64,000 bases of DNA, from assembly GCA_041747755.1 (NCBI GenBank), contig JBGTEN010000001.1, forward strand, positions 668-64,667, in the 5' to 3' direction. How positions within the stretch are numbered: the stretch's first letter is position 1; each line of letters starts with the position of its first letter. Below are positions 1 to 8,645 of this stretch, one piece after another. The position numbers were made by a program, and so were the translations under genes. Origin of the DNA: Arenibacter sp. (GTDB taxonomy: Bacteria > Bacteroidota > Bacteroidia > Flavobacteriales > Flavobacteriaceae). A model generated the notes under the pieces. The model was not told the DNA's origin. It ran no database searches and worked only from the letters and a program-made list of their open reading frames with translations.

Positions 1-698
1 ACATACAGCCAGAAATTGAAGTACTGGCTGTTTTGGATTCAGTAAGAGCTGCGGTTGCCTATTTTTCTAAACCCAATGAGGCTGTTTTAGTCTTTATGGA
101 CATTCATTTGGCTGATGGGATTTCATTTGAAATATTTGACAAGGTCCGCATTGAGATTCCTGTAGTGTTTACGACAGCTTATGATCAGTATGCCCTAAAA
201 GCCTTTAAAGTAAATAGTATTGATTATTTGCTAAAACCAATAGATGAAGATGAATTGAGCAAAGCATTACAGCAATTTAAGCTAAAAGTAAAACAAGAAA
301 AAAATGTAGATGATCCAATGATTGGTTTGCTCAGTTTTATAAAAGCAAAAACAAAGACCTTTAAAACCACCTATTTGGTAAGTCAGAGAGACCAGTTAAT
401 ACCAATTAAAACAGCAGATATAGCCTATTTATACATTGATTTAGGGATTGTGAAAGCAGTGACTAAGGACAATTATACTTATGTTATTGATGAAAAATTA
501 GAAGATATTGAAAATGACTTGAATCCGGAGAATTTTTATCGTGTGAACAGACAATTTATCGTACGTAGAGATGCTATTGTCAACATCAATTACTATTTTA
601 ATAGTAAACTTATAGTGAATGTGACACCTACTTTCGAAGAGCGTATAGTCGTTAGTAAGGCAAAATCAAGTGAATTTAAACAGTGGTTGAATTCTTAA
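1..698 (+). CDS. LytTR/AlgR-family two-component response regulator (5' end lies upstream of the window)
   Basis: Frame 3 is open from nt 3 (IQPEIEVLAVLDS...), so ORF 33..698 is only the in-window part. Receiver-domain signature VFMDIHLADG...YLLKP, then C-terminal LytTR signature FYRVNRQFIVRRDAI. Confidence 0.85.
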   Translation, partial: IQPEIEVLAVLDSVRAAVAYFSKPNEAVLVFMDIHLADGISFEIFDKVRIEIPVVFTTAYDQYALKAFKVNSIDYLLKPIDEDELSKALQQFKLKVKQEKNVDDPMIGLLSFIKAKTKTFKTTYLVSQRDQLIPIKTADIAYLYIDLGIVKAVTKDNYTYVIDEKLEDIENDLNPENFYRVNRQFIVRRDAIVNINYYFNSKLIVNVTPTFEERIVVSKAKSSEFKQWLNS

Positions 699-700
699 AT

Positions 701-1408
701 TTAGCACCTAGCTGTTTTTCTTTTCTTGCCCAGAGTTTTTGAATCGATAACTTTTTGAATGTAGGTTTCTGCCAAGGGAACTTTACAGGCAGTTCCAGCC
801 ATCACTACGTCTACTTTTCCTATTTGCCGGGCGACTGCCTTAGCCTTTTCAGTAAGAGATGCTATAACACTACCAACAGTAATTACAAAACCATTCATAG
901 TATAGCGAACCCTGTTGGGTGCTACATGGATTTCCGGTACTATGGCATCTAGTAAACCTACATAAGCGGGAATGTCCAGTAGCTGATCTTCATTTACTTT
1001 TGCAAAGTTGGCTAATGTCGCCCATCCGGCTGAGGCAATGGTTTCTTCTTTAGAAGTAATCCATTTTTGTCCTAATTCAAAACCATAGGGTGTTTCCGAT
1101 GCAACCCAAGGAACTGCATACTCGCTTAAATAATGCCAATAGGCGTTTTTTACCCATGATTCCAGTTGCTCTTTTGTTATTTTTGTTTCATCAGCCATGA
1201 GGCCTGCCAAATACATAGCATCAGAATTGCCTGTATTGTACAATTCCAATGATAGCTCATGATTCTTCTTTGTTTTTTTTAGGATTTTCTTTAAATCAGC
1301 CACCTTAACACCAAAAAAGGGCTCTCTGGCTCCATGTATCATTAGTGTTTTTTTGGTCTGTGGGTCACCGTACTGCTCCAGTTCCTGCATTACCTCTTTT
1401 AGTGTCAT
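701..1408 (-). CDS. DNA alkylation repair protein family (AlkD-like HEAT-repeat)
   Basis: ORF 701..1459. The sequence (GDPQTKKTLMIHGAREPFFGVKVADLKK...NRVRYTMNGFVI...GKKRKTARC) matches my memory of the DNA_alkylation family. I prefer the internal ATG (M18, nt 1408), which removes the 35-nt overlap with the upstream gene. Confidence 0.65.
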   Translation of the reverse strand: MTLKEVMQELEQYGDPQTKKTLMIHGAREPFFGVKVADLKKILKKTKKNHELSLELYNTGNSDAMYLAGLMADETKITKEQLESWVKNAYWHYLSEYAVPWVASETPYGFELGQKWITSKEETIASAGWATLANFAKVNEDQLLDIPAYVGLLDAIVPEIHVAPNRVRYTMNGFVITVGSVIASLTEKAKAVARQIGKVDVVMAGTACKVPLAETYIQKVIDSKTLGKKRKTARC

Positions 1409-1424
1409 ATCTGTTGAATTGGGT

Positions 1425-1892
1425 TTATATACCTTTCTGGGTGGTACGCCTTTTAGCATCTTTGGTCAAAGCAAAACTTTCACGTCTTGTAATAGTTTTA
1501 ATGTATTCTACCTTCCTAAACCGCAAAGCACTCCAATCTTCATCGATAGCCACCATTCGTACCGGTTCAAGATTTAATTTTCCCAGACTGGCCCAACCGG
1601 TGTCCCGGTTAAAATCGCATTTAAATTTTTTGGAAGTGCCTTTTGGATAGCACATCCATAAAATAGCATCTCCCTTTAATTTTTTGTAGAGGTAGTTTAT
1701 GGCTTGCTCTATTGCCGTTTGGGTGGTGACAAATACCAATGCGAAAACAATTTCCTTTGCATCATCTATGGAATAAATAATTGTTGTCTCTTTAGTCATT
1801 TCGGCTAGTTCATCTTGGAGTGAAGCAGGCGAATTTAGAACAAGGATAGATTTATGGTCTTTAAAGTTTAGTTTCTTAAATAGAGGAGTCAT
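1425..1892 (-). CDS. conserved hypothetical protein
   Basis: Clean 155-aa ORF, co-oriented and tightly packed with the downstream gene. No family recognised with confidence. Confidence 0.55.
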   Translation of the reverse strand: MTPLFKKLNFKDHKSILVLNSPASLQDELAEMTKETTIIYSIDDAKEIVFALVFVTTQTAIEQAINYLYKKLKGDAILWMCYPKGTSKKFKCDFNRDTGWASLGKLNLEPVRMVAIDEDWSALRFRKVEYIKTITRRESFALTKDAKRRTTQKGI

Positions 1893-2013
1893 GGAATAGC
1901 GTTTTGAAACCTTGAATAAATATAAGCATAAATCAAATTGAGGTAAATATCAATTGGTAATTTAAAGCAGGGGATGGTTATAAAAGAGGATAAAAATAGT
2001 CCAGTTTAATGAA

Positions 2014-2721
2014 TTATTTTATTCCTCCAAAAGCGCCAAAACACATATTTTTATGTAATATCTCTACACGTTTAAAACCCACCTTTTTCATTAGGTCCAA
2101 TTGGTAATTCATGGATCTGGGAGAGTCTTCTTTTTCAATATACTCCAACACAGTTTGACGATAGGCTTTGCCGTTTATGTGCTCCAAATAGTCTCCGTAA
2201 AGTTCCCAGGTGTATTCTGTTAGAACCTCAGTATCTTGTGTAATCAGGTCAGAAATCATCAAACAGCCTCCGGGTTTCAAGAGGGCATAGAGTTTTTCAA
2301 AGGTAGTTTCCCAATCCATATCGTCCCGTAAATGATGTAGAACAGCTCCCGCTAAAATGATATCGTAATTATTTTCTTTGAGTTTAACTGTGCGTATATC
2401 ACCTTGAAAAATTTCAATAAGTCCATTTGTTTTCTCCGAAACGCGCTCCAAAGCTTTATTTAGCATGGGCTGACTCAAATCAACCAAAGTGCAGTTAAGA
2501 TTTTGAATTTTGGATAACATCTTCAAAGTGTAATTCCCTGCACCACAACCCACATCCAGCACATTTACTGCCTTTGGCACAATACGTTTTGCAGCTTCAG
2601 TAATCAGTTCAAGGGAAATTTTTGCATCTATTGTTGCCACCTGACCTGTATCCAAATTGGAGAAGCGCTCAACATCTTTATCAAAACGATCTTTTATCTC
2701 AGCAACCGTTGATTTCTTCAT
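2014..2721 (-). CDS. class I SAM-dependent methyltransferase
   Basis: Motif I VLDVGCGAGNYTL, then DIILAGAVLHHL and LKPGGCLMISD. ORF runs to 2784, but MKKSTVAEIKDRF (ATG at 2721) looks like the natural N-terminus. Confidence 0.8.
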   Translation of the reverse strand: MKKSTVAEIKDRFDKDVERFSNLDTGQVATIDAKISLELITEAAKRIVPKAVNVLDVGCGAGNYTLKMLSKIQNLNCTLVDLSQPMLNKALERVSEKTNGLIEIFQGDIRTVKLKENNYDIILAGAVLHHLRDDMDWETTFEKLYALLKPGGCLMISDLITQDTEVLTEYTWELYGDYLEHINGKAYRQTVLEYIEKEDSPRSMNYQLDLMKKVGFKRVEILHKNMCFGAFGGIK

Positions 2722-2804
2722 AGAATAATTTGTAGTTATATTGTATTGGAAAGCATCGGAAATCATAATTTTGTTCTGAACCAATCATAATGCTCCATGC
2801 AAAT

Positions 2805-3554
2805 TTATTTCTTCGCAACATTAATTTCATTCACCATTGAACTTATAATATAAAATCCAATTATGGCAGGCACAGCCAAAAACTTAAGTGTCACTAAAAG
2901 TACAAAGCTTACAACCAAAAAAGTATAACGAAGCGCATTGTCTTTAAAACTCCAATTTTTAAATTTTAAAGCAAAAAGTTTAATTTTCGAATTTAACAAA
3001 TAGGCACTTAAAAACGTAAGTCCGATTAAAAACCATTGATTTAAAATAATACTATTTAGAATATCATTATTCTGATATAAAAGGATAAGAGGAAGGGAAA
3101 GAATCAGCAGCGCATTTGCGGGTGTGGGTAATCCAATGAAAGAAGTAGCCTGATTTTCATCCAAATTAAACTTGGCCAAACGGTACGCGGATGCCAACGT
3201 AATGATAAAGCCCAGAAAGGGGAGTGGGAGTATGCTCAATGTTCCAGAAGCACTTGTATGAATAACCTGATCGGCATTCCACCCGCCATAAACCGCCATA
3301 CCGAGCAATTGATACATTACAATACCGGGAACCAGCCCGCTGGTAATCATATCCGCTAATGAATCTAGCTGCAGACCTAAGTCACTCTGAACTTTTAATA
3401 CTCGGGCAGCCAGACCATCAAAATAATCAAAAAAGATACCTAGAAAAACAAAGAAGGCTGCTAATTCCATTCGGTTCGCAACCGCAAAAATAACAGCCAC
3501 ACAGCCGCAGAAGACGTTTAATAAGGTTATAAGGTTAGGGATATGTTTTTTCAA
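2805..3554 (-). CDS. pssA: CDP-diacylglycerol--serine O-phosphatidyltransferase
   Basis: CDP-alcohol phosphatidyltransferase motif DYFDGLAARVLKVQSDLGLQLDSLAD and multiple TM helices. There is no ATG start. The candidates are GTG at 3581 (ORF track) or TTG at 3554, which gives MKKHIPNLITLLN, the usual N-terminus of this family. Confidence 0.85.
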   Translation of the reverse strand: MKKHIPNLITLLNVFCGCVAVIFAVANRMELAAFFVFLGIFFDYFDGLAARVLKVQSDLGLQLDSLADMITSGLVPGIVMYQLLGMAVYGGWNADQVIHTSASGTLSILPLPFLGFIITLASAYRLAKFNLDENQATSFIGLPTPANALLILSLPLILLYQNNDILNSIILNQWFLIGLTFLSAYLLNSKIKLFALKFKNWSFKDNALRYTFLVVSFVLLVTLKFLAVPAIIGFYIISSMVNEINVAKK

Positions 3555-3656
3555 GGCGTAATGTTTAGGTAAAAATAACACAATTTTTCAGCAATCCATT
3601 TAGTCCAATAATTTATTCAGATATTTGTCGTGAACTTCATATTTAATTGGTGCCTT

Positions 3657-4835
3657 ATGGGTTTGAAAATGCTACTTTTTATTTGTCTTTTTTGGGTTTT
3701 CGGCCTTGGTTTTTCACAACAAGTTACTTTGTCTCCAGCAGCAACATTAAGTGTTATCACCTGCGGATCCGGAGAAGAGCTTTACTCCTCTTTTGGGCAT
3801 AGTGCATTTCGAATTACCGATCCCGTTTTGGGTATTGATGTGGTTTACAATTATGGAACTTTTAATTTTAACGCTCCCAATTTCTATTTGAAATTTACGC
3901 AGGGAAAATTACCTTTTGCTCTTAGTAGGCAACAGTTTAACCAATTTATTTACGAATATGAACTGGAAAACAGATGGGTAAAGGAGCAGGTATTAGATCT
4001 TACGGAGACTCAAAAAAATGAATTATTTCTTTTTTTGGAGAACAATTACCTTCCAGAAAATAGAGTTTATAAATACGATTTCTTTTTTGACAACTGTTCC
4101 ACCAAAATTGGCGCTGTATTGGAGAGCACTTTTGGGACTGCATTGCGATACGACTACGCACATTTAGAGGAGCAGTTTACCTTTCGTGAGTTAATTCACC
4201 AAAATTTAAAAACCAATTCATGGTCGGCTTTTGGGATTGATTTGGCTTTAGGCTCGGTGATCGATAGAGAAGCTACGCCTCATGAGCATCTCTTTTTGCC
4301 TAACTATGTTTTGCGACAATTGAATTATACTTCGCTTGGAAATATACCAATAGTATTACAGCAAAGAACTATTCTAAAGGAAGGGCCCAAACTAAAGGAA
4401 CCGAATTTTCTTTTGACACCACAGTTTTGGCTTTCCGTAGTATTAATCCTCGTTGTCCTAATGACCTATTTTGATTTTAAGAAAGGAGGTCGAAGTAGAT
4501 GGTTGGATTTCAGTCTTTTTTTTGCTACGGGCTTCGCAGGGTGGATTATTGTATTTCTTTGGTTTTTTACAGAACACACAACTACAGTTATCAATTTTAA
4601 TGTGCTCTGGGCGTTTCCATTAAACCTAGTTGTGGCTTTTTTTCTGCTATCCAAAAAACCAATGTTCAAGGGCCTTTTGTACTACATTATTACACTTTTG
4701 GTATTGTTGGCGGCTACCCTAGTGTTATGGGGATTAAAAATTCAACTATTTTCTCCATTATTACTTCTTTTGTTGATTGCTTTGGGGATTAGATACCTAT
4801 TTTTGCACTTTATTTTAAAAAAGGGAATAGCTTGA
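3657..4835 (+). CDS. DUF4105 (Lnb N-terminal periplasmic domain) membrane protein
   Basis: GSGEELYSSFGHSAFRI signature near the N-terminus and several C-terminal TM helices. The tracked ORF starts at GTG 3630. ATG 3657 or 3669 gives a normal signal peptide (MLLFICLFWVFGLGFSQQ). Confidence 0.75.
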   Translation: MGLKMLLFICLFWVFGLGFSQQVTLSPAATLSVITCGSGEELYSSFGHSAFRITDPVLGIDVVYNYGTFNFNAPNFYLKFTQGKLPFALSRQQFNQFIYEYELENRWVKEQVLDLTETQKNELFLFLENNYLPENRVYKYDFFFDNCSTKIGAVLESTFGTALRYDYAHLEEQFTFRELIHQNLKTNSWSAFGIDLALGSVIDREATPHEHLFLPNYVLRQLNYTSLGNIPIVLQQRTILKEGPKLKEPNFLLTPQFWLSVVLILVVLMTYFDFKKGGRSRWLDFSLFFATGFAGWIIVFLWFFTEHTTTVINFNVLWAFPLNLVVAFFLLSKKPMFKGLLYYIITLLVLLAATLVLWGLKIQLFSPLLLLLLIALGIRYLFLHFILKKGIA

Positions 4836-4909
4836 AACGGTAGTTGTATTTGGTTTCATGTTTTATCAGCCTGTTTTAATCGAGCTCTACTAATTTTTAA
4901 ATTCAACAC

Positions 4910-6790
4910 ATGAACCTACTTACTGTAGAAAATATATCCAAATCTTTTGGGGAACTAGTCCTTTTTAAGGATTTATCTTTTGGCATCAATAAAGACCAAA
5001 AAATAGCATTAATTGCCAAAAATGGCACTGGAAAGACGGCCATTCTTAATATCATTTCAGGAAATCAATCTCCTGATACCGGTCGCGTAAATTACAGAAA
5101 AGACATTCGGGTTTCTTATTTAGAACAGGAACCGGAATTGAACCCGGAGCACACCATAGAAGAAACCATTTTGGCTTCTGATAGTGATGTGCTGCGTATT
5201 ATCAATAACTACGAAAAGGCTTTGGTAAATCCTGAGAATGAAGAGGCGTATCAAAAAGCCTTTGATGCCATGGATCATTTTGGAGCATGGGATTTTGAAA
5301 ATCAGTATAAGCAGATACTTTTTAAACTAAAATTGGAGGACTTACAGGTAAAAGTGGGGCTGCTTTCCGGAGGACAAAAAAAGCGATTGGCGCTTGCCAA
5401 TGCGCTGATTAACCGACCGGATTTATTGATTATGGATGAGCCCACCAACCATTTGGATTTGGAGATGATAGAATGGTTAGAAAACTATTTTGCTAAGGAA
5501 AATATAACCTTGTTTATGGTGACGCATGACCGGTACTTTTTGGAACGCGTCTGCAATGAGATTATAGAACTGGATAATGGACAACTTTATTCCTACAAAG
5601 GAAATTACTCGTATTATCTGGAAAAGAAAGAAGCCAGACTTGCACAAGAAGCTGTTGAGCAACACAAATCTAAGCAACTCTTTAAAAAGGAGCTGGATTG
5701 GATGCGCAGACAACCCAAAGCTCGAACTACCAAATCCAAGTCCAGAATCGATGATTTTCAAGCTATAAAGGAAAAAGCCTCTCAACGCAGAAAAGACCAC
5801 AAAGTACAGTTGGAGATTAATATGGAACGTATGGGTAGCAAGGTGTTGGAATTGCATAAAATTTCTAAATCCTACCCTAATAAACCAATTTTAAACAAAT
5901 TTGAGTATATTTTTTTACAAGGAGAGCGCATTGGAATCATAGGTAAAAACGGAACAGGGAAATCTACCTTTTTGAATGTTTTGACAGGCAAAGATCAACC
6001 GGATTCAGGAAAAGTAGTGGTAGGGGAAACCATAAAATTCGGTTATTATACTCAGGCCGGTATTGTGATAAAACCGGGGCAGAAAGTCATCGAAGTCATT
6101 CGGGAGTTTGGCGATTATATCCCCTTGAAAAAAGGGGGACAAATTTCCGCACAACAATTATTGGAACGCTTTCTTTTTGATCGTAAAAAGCAATACGACT
6201 TTGTTGAGAAACTTAGTGGGGGAGAACGTAAACGATTATATCTATGTACAGTATTAATCCAAAATCCGAACTTTTTGATTTTGGATGAGCCTACAAATGA
6301 TTTGGATATCGTCACCCTAAATGTACTGGAAGACTTCCTACTAGATTTCCCGGGGTGTTTATTGGTGGTTTCCCACGACCGTTATTTTATGGACAAAATT
6401 GTGGATCATCTTTTTGTTTTCAGGGGTGATGCCGTTATCGAGGATTTTCCGGGAAACTACTCCGATTTCAGAGCGTATGAGGATAGTACTGAAGAAGAAA
6501 TTAAAGCGGTAAAGGTAGAAAGTGTACAAGCTAATCTATCTAAGAATGTTTGGAAAACTGAGGATACCACCAAAAAACTTAGTTACTCCGAACAGAAGGA
6601 ATACCAACAGTTGGAAAAGGAAATCCAAAAATTGGAAAAGGAGAAGGAAGTATTGCAGTATAAGTTTACCGATACTTCACTTTCCGGAGACGAAATTTCC
6701 AAACTTTCTATAGACCTTAAAAAGCTTATGGATGCTATAGAGGAAAAAACCGAACGTTGGTTTTCGCTATCCGCTATACTAGAGGGGTAA
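4910..6790 (+). CDS. ABC-F family ATPase (Uup/YheS-like)
   Basis: Two ABC cassettes (GKNGTGKT / LSGGQKKRL / LLIMDEPTNHLD and GKNGTGKST / LSGGERKRL / FLILDEPTNDLD), no TM domain, C-terminal coiled-coil tail. Confidence 0.92.
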   Translation: MNLLTVENISKSFGELVLFKDLSFGINKDQKIALIAKNGTGKTAILNIISGNQSPDTGRVNYRKDIRVSYLEQEPELNPEHTIEETILASDSDVLRIINNYEKALVNPENEEAYQKAFDAMDHFGAWDFENQYKQILFKLKLEDLQVKVGLLSGGQKKRLALANALINRPDLLIMDEPTNHLDLEMIEWLENYFAKENITLFMVTHDRYFLERVCNEIIELDNGQLYSYKGNYSYYLEKKEARLAQEAVEQHKSKQLFKKELDWMRRQPKARTTKSKSRIDDFQAIKEKASQRRKDHKVQLEINMERMGSKVLELHKISKSYPNKPILNKFEYIFLQGERIGIIGKNGTGKSTFLNVLTGKDQPDSGKVVVGETIKFGYYTQAGIVIKPGQKVIEVIREFGDYIPLKKGGQISAQQLLERFLFDRKKQYDFVEKLSGGERKRLYLCTVLIQNPNFLILDEPTNDLDIVTLNVLEDFLLDFPGCLLVVSHDRYFMDKIVDHLFVFRGDAVIEDFPGNYSDFRAYEDSTEEEIKAVKVESVQANLSKNVWKTEDTTKKLSYSEQKEYQQLEKEIQKLEKEKEVLQYKFTDTSLSGDEISKLSIDLKKLMDAIEEKTERWFSLSAILEG

Positions 6791-6805
6791 ATACAATGTT
6801 GTATC

Positions 6806-7312
6806 ATGAATCCTTATTTTCTTTTATACCTAAAATTTCTGTTGACTTCGACCAATCAACACGGAGTGCATTCGCCTTTTGTCTATGCATATGTGACCCA
6901 ATGTTTGTATAAAAGGGCTATTGTAAAGGGATCGAAATCGATTCAGGTTTTTCAAAAAAGTCGGACTTATTTTAAAGCCGAAAGAGTAAAATGGTTTGGC
7001 GAGGAGGAACGGCTAAACAAGATATCCGAAGTGGGTAAAGGTATTTTTTCAGTTCAGCACCCCCCTTTTGATCTTGTTTTTATCTCAAGGGATACTCAAC
7101 ATGAAGTTAAAGGTTTTCTTTCTGATACTAGAAATATAAGAAATCATACCATGGTACTCATAGAAGGTATATATACTTCAAAAGTCAATCGATTGTTATG
7201 GGAAAGGGCGAAAGAAATACCGGATGTTAGGGTATCTATAGATATGTTTCATTGTGGAGTGCTGTTTTTCAGAAAAGAGCAAGTCAAGGAACATTTTAAG
7301 ATTCGAATTTAA
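6806..7312 (+). CDS. methyltransferase-like hypothetical protein (internally short)
   Basis: 168-aa ORF starting 15 nt after the ABC-F stop. The terminal blocks NQHGVHSPFVY and FFRKEQVKEHFKIRI recall a Flavobacteriia SAM-MTase-like family (see findings). Confidence 0.55.
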   Translation: MNPYFLLYLKFLLTSTNQHGVHSPFVYAYVTQCLYKRAIVKGSKSIQVFQKSRTYFKAERVKWFGEEERLNKISEVGKGIFSVQHPPFDLVFISRDTQHEVKGFLSDTRNIRNHTMVLIEGIYTSKVNRLLWERAKEIPDVRVSIDMFHCGVLFFRKEQVKEHFKIRI

Positions 7313-7344
7313 TCCCGTATTTTTAAGATTTAATACTTATCATT

Positions 7345-7509
7345 ATGGACAATAACACTATTTATATTGTTTTAGGAATCTTGTTAGTCGTCTATTTTGC
7401 TACACAGGCTTTTACCAAAAAGCGTTGGAAGGAGCGAAAATCAAGGGGCTTTATGGAAGGACAAAGAAAGAAGAAAAATCACGACGAAGGAGACAAAAGA
7501 TCCAAATAA
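7345..7509 (+). CDS. small single-pass membrane protein with basic tail (54 aa, below the ORF-track cutoff)
   Basis: Hand translation gives MDNNTIYIVLGILLVVYFATQAFTKKRWKERKSRGFMEGQRKKKNHDEGDKRSK*. It starts at an ATG and fills an otherwise empty 213-bp gap on the same strand as both neighbours. Confidence 0.35.
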   Translation: MDNNTIYIVLGILLVVYFATQAFTKKRWKERKSRGFMEGQRKKKNHDEGDKRSK

Positions 7510-7525
7510 CTAAGTACAGCACTAC

Positions 7526-8107
7526 ATGAAAATATACACCAGAACCGGAGATCAGGGTTTAACATCACTTTTCGGAGGTACACGCGTAGCAAAGCATCAT
7601 ATCCGGATAGATAGTTATGGTACTCTGGATGAACTGAATTCCTGGCTGGGTTTGTTGAGGGATCAGCAAATGAACATTCATTCTAAAGGAGTTTTACTGC
7701 TAATTCAGGAAAAGCTTTTTACTATTGGTGCCATTTTAGCTACTGATCCTGAAAAGAGTGTACTAAAAACAGGTAAGCAACGGCTCGATATAGAAAAAAT
7801 TAGAATAGAAGATATTGGATTTTTGGAACAGGAAATAGATACCATGAACGAGGAACTTCAGGAAATGACACACTTTATTCTTCCGGGTGGCCATCCTACT
7901 ATTTCTTATTGTCATATTGCAAGAACTGTATGTAGAAGAGCCGAGCGCCTTGCAACTCAGTTAAATGAAATTGAGCCTTTAGAGATTCATGTACTCCCTT
8001 ATTTAAACCGACTATCTGATTACCTTTTTGTGTTGGCGCGGAAATTTTCCAGGGACATGAATATCGAGGAAATTAAATGGATTCCCGGGAAAAATAATAT
8101 GAAATAG
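7526..8107 (+). CDS. cob(I)yrinic acid a,c-diamide adenosyltransferase (PduO-type ATP:cob(I)alamin adenosyltransferase)
   Basis: N-terminal MKIYTRTGDQGLTSLFGG...RIDSYGTLDELNS and C-terminal YLNRLSDYLFVLAR are the family signatures. Confidence 0.85.
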   Translation: MKIYTRTGDQGLTSLFGGTRVAKHHIRIDSYGTLDELNSWLGLLRDQQMNIHSKGVLLLIQEKLFTIGAILATDPEKSVLKTGKQRLDIEKIRIEDIGFLEQEIDTMNEELQEMTHFILPGGHPTISYCHIARTVCRRAERLATQLNEIEPLEIHVLPYLNRLSDYLFVLARKFSRDMNIEEIKWIPGKNNMK

Positions 8108-8180
8108 GTTGTTTATTCGTTATTAAATTGGCAATGAGAGTATATTGTTAATAAAATAACCTAAATAGTTGTAAAATAAC

Positions 8181-8210
8181 TTGACAATTAGCGTTTAAAA
8201 ATTATTTTTG
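8181..8210 (+). promoter_or_regulatory. Bacteroidota sigma-A type promoter (TTG-N19-TATTTTTG) for the DUF2795 gene
   Basis: TTGACA at 8181 and TATTTTTG at 8203..8210 with a 19-nt spacer. This matches the -33 TTG / -7 TAnnTTTG consensus known for Bacteroidetes. The ATG follows 25 nt downstream. Confidence 0.55.
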
Positions 8211-8234
8211 CAAAAAATTAAATTTACTACTGAA

Positions 8235-8459
8235 ATGTATTGGACACTAGAACTGGCTTCATATTTAAGTGATGCACCTTGGCCGGCCACCAAAGACGAG
8301 TTGATAGATTATGCTATCAGGACAGGTGCTCCTTTGGAAGTTGTCGAAAACCTTCAATCTATGGAAGAAGAAGGTGGAGAAATTTATGAATCCATCGAGG
8401 AAATTTGGCCTGATTATCCTACTGAAGAAGATTACCTCTGGAACGAGGACGAATATTAA
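8235..8459 (+). CDS. DUF2795 domain protein
   Basis: ASYLSDAPWPATKDELIDYAIRTGAPLEVVENLQ matches DUF2795. The tracked start 8208 is a TTG inside the predicted -7 promoter box, so ATG 8235 is the likely start. Confidence 0.75.
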   Translation: MYWTLELASYLSDAPWPATKDELIDYAIRTGAPLEVVENLQSMEEEGGEIYESIEEIWPDYPTEEDYLWNEDEY

Positions 8460-8480
8460 TAATATTAACGGAATTTCAAC

Positions 8481-8509
8481 AAAAAAGTCTCTTAGGAGGC
8501 TTTTTTTTT
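8481..8509 (+). terminator. intrinsic terminator after the DUF2795 gene
   Basis: AAAAAAGTCTC-TTAG-GAGGCTTTTTTTTT. The short stem has one G-U pair, is extended by A/T pairing, and is followed by a 9-T run. Confidence 0.55.
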
Positions 8510-8645
8510 ATGTAATTTTGGCGTTACATTTTTAGGGTAAAAATAGTTCTGCAAACTTAATTACAGAGGTTGCAATTAAAATATAAAGCAGGGTATTGGG
8601 GTTAATTTGTTTCCTTTCACGCCTTTTCATTTAATTGATTTTATT

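Noticed and set aside
5477-5857. Long antisense or overlapping ORFs inside well-supported genes (for example 5477..5857, 8627..8848, 16349..16708, 20250..20645, 22424..22702, 29588..29902, 30227..30523, 45532..46106, 57075..58031 plus-strand set, 59547..59852, 62290..62721).
   Set aside because: Each lies wholly within a gene that has strong family motifs on the other strand or frame. Their translations are low-complexity or Ser/Leu/Phe-rich with no recognisable motifs. The fasciclin and Pro/Glu-linker antisense ORFs are artefacts of repetitive Ala/Val/Glu codons.
6791-6804. Short inverted repeats ATACAA-TG-TTGTAT (6791-6804, filling the ABC-F/next-gene spacer) and TACAAT-AC-ATTGTA (42445-42458) as a possible shared protein-binding motif.
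   Set aside because: The half-site spacing differs (TACAA-N2-TTGTA versus TACAA-N4-TTGTA). The loops are too short for RNA hairpins, and such AT-rich palindromes are expected by chance in this composition.
8607-8645. N-terminal extensions from the ORF track (secA TTG 8607; guaA TTG 45304; DUF2795 TTG 8208; 25578-gene ATG 26984; MTase ATG 2784; basic protein ATG 32244).
   Set aside because: The downstream ATG codons give canonical family N-termini or proper signal peptides. In the DUF2795 case the TTG lies inside the predicted -7 promoter box.
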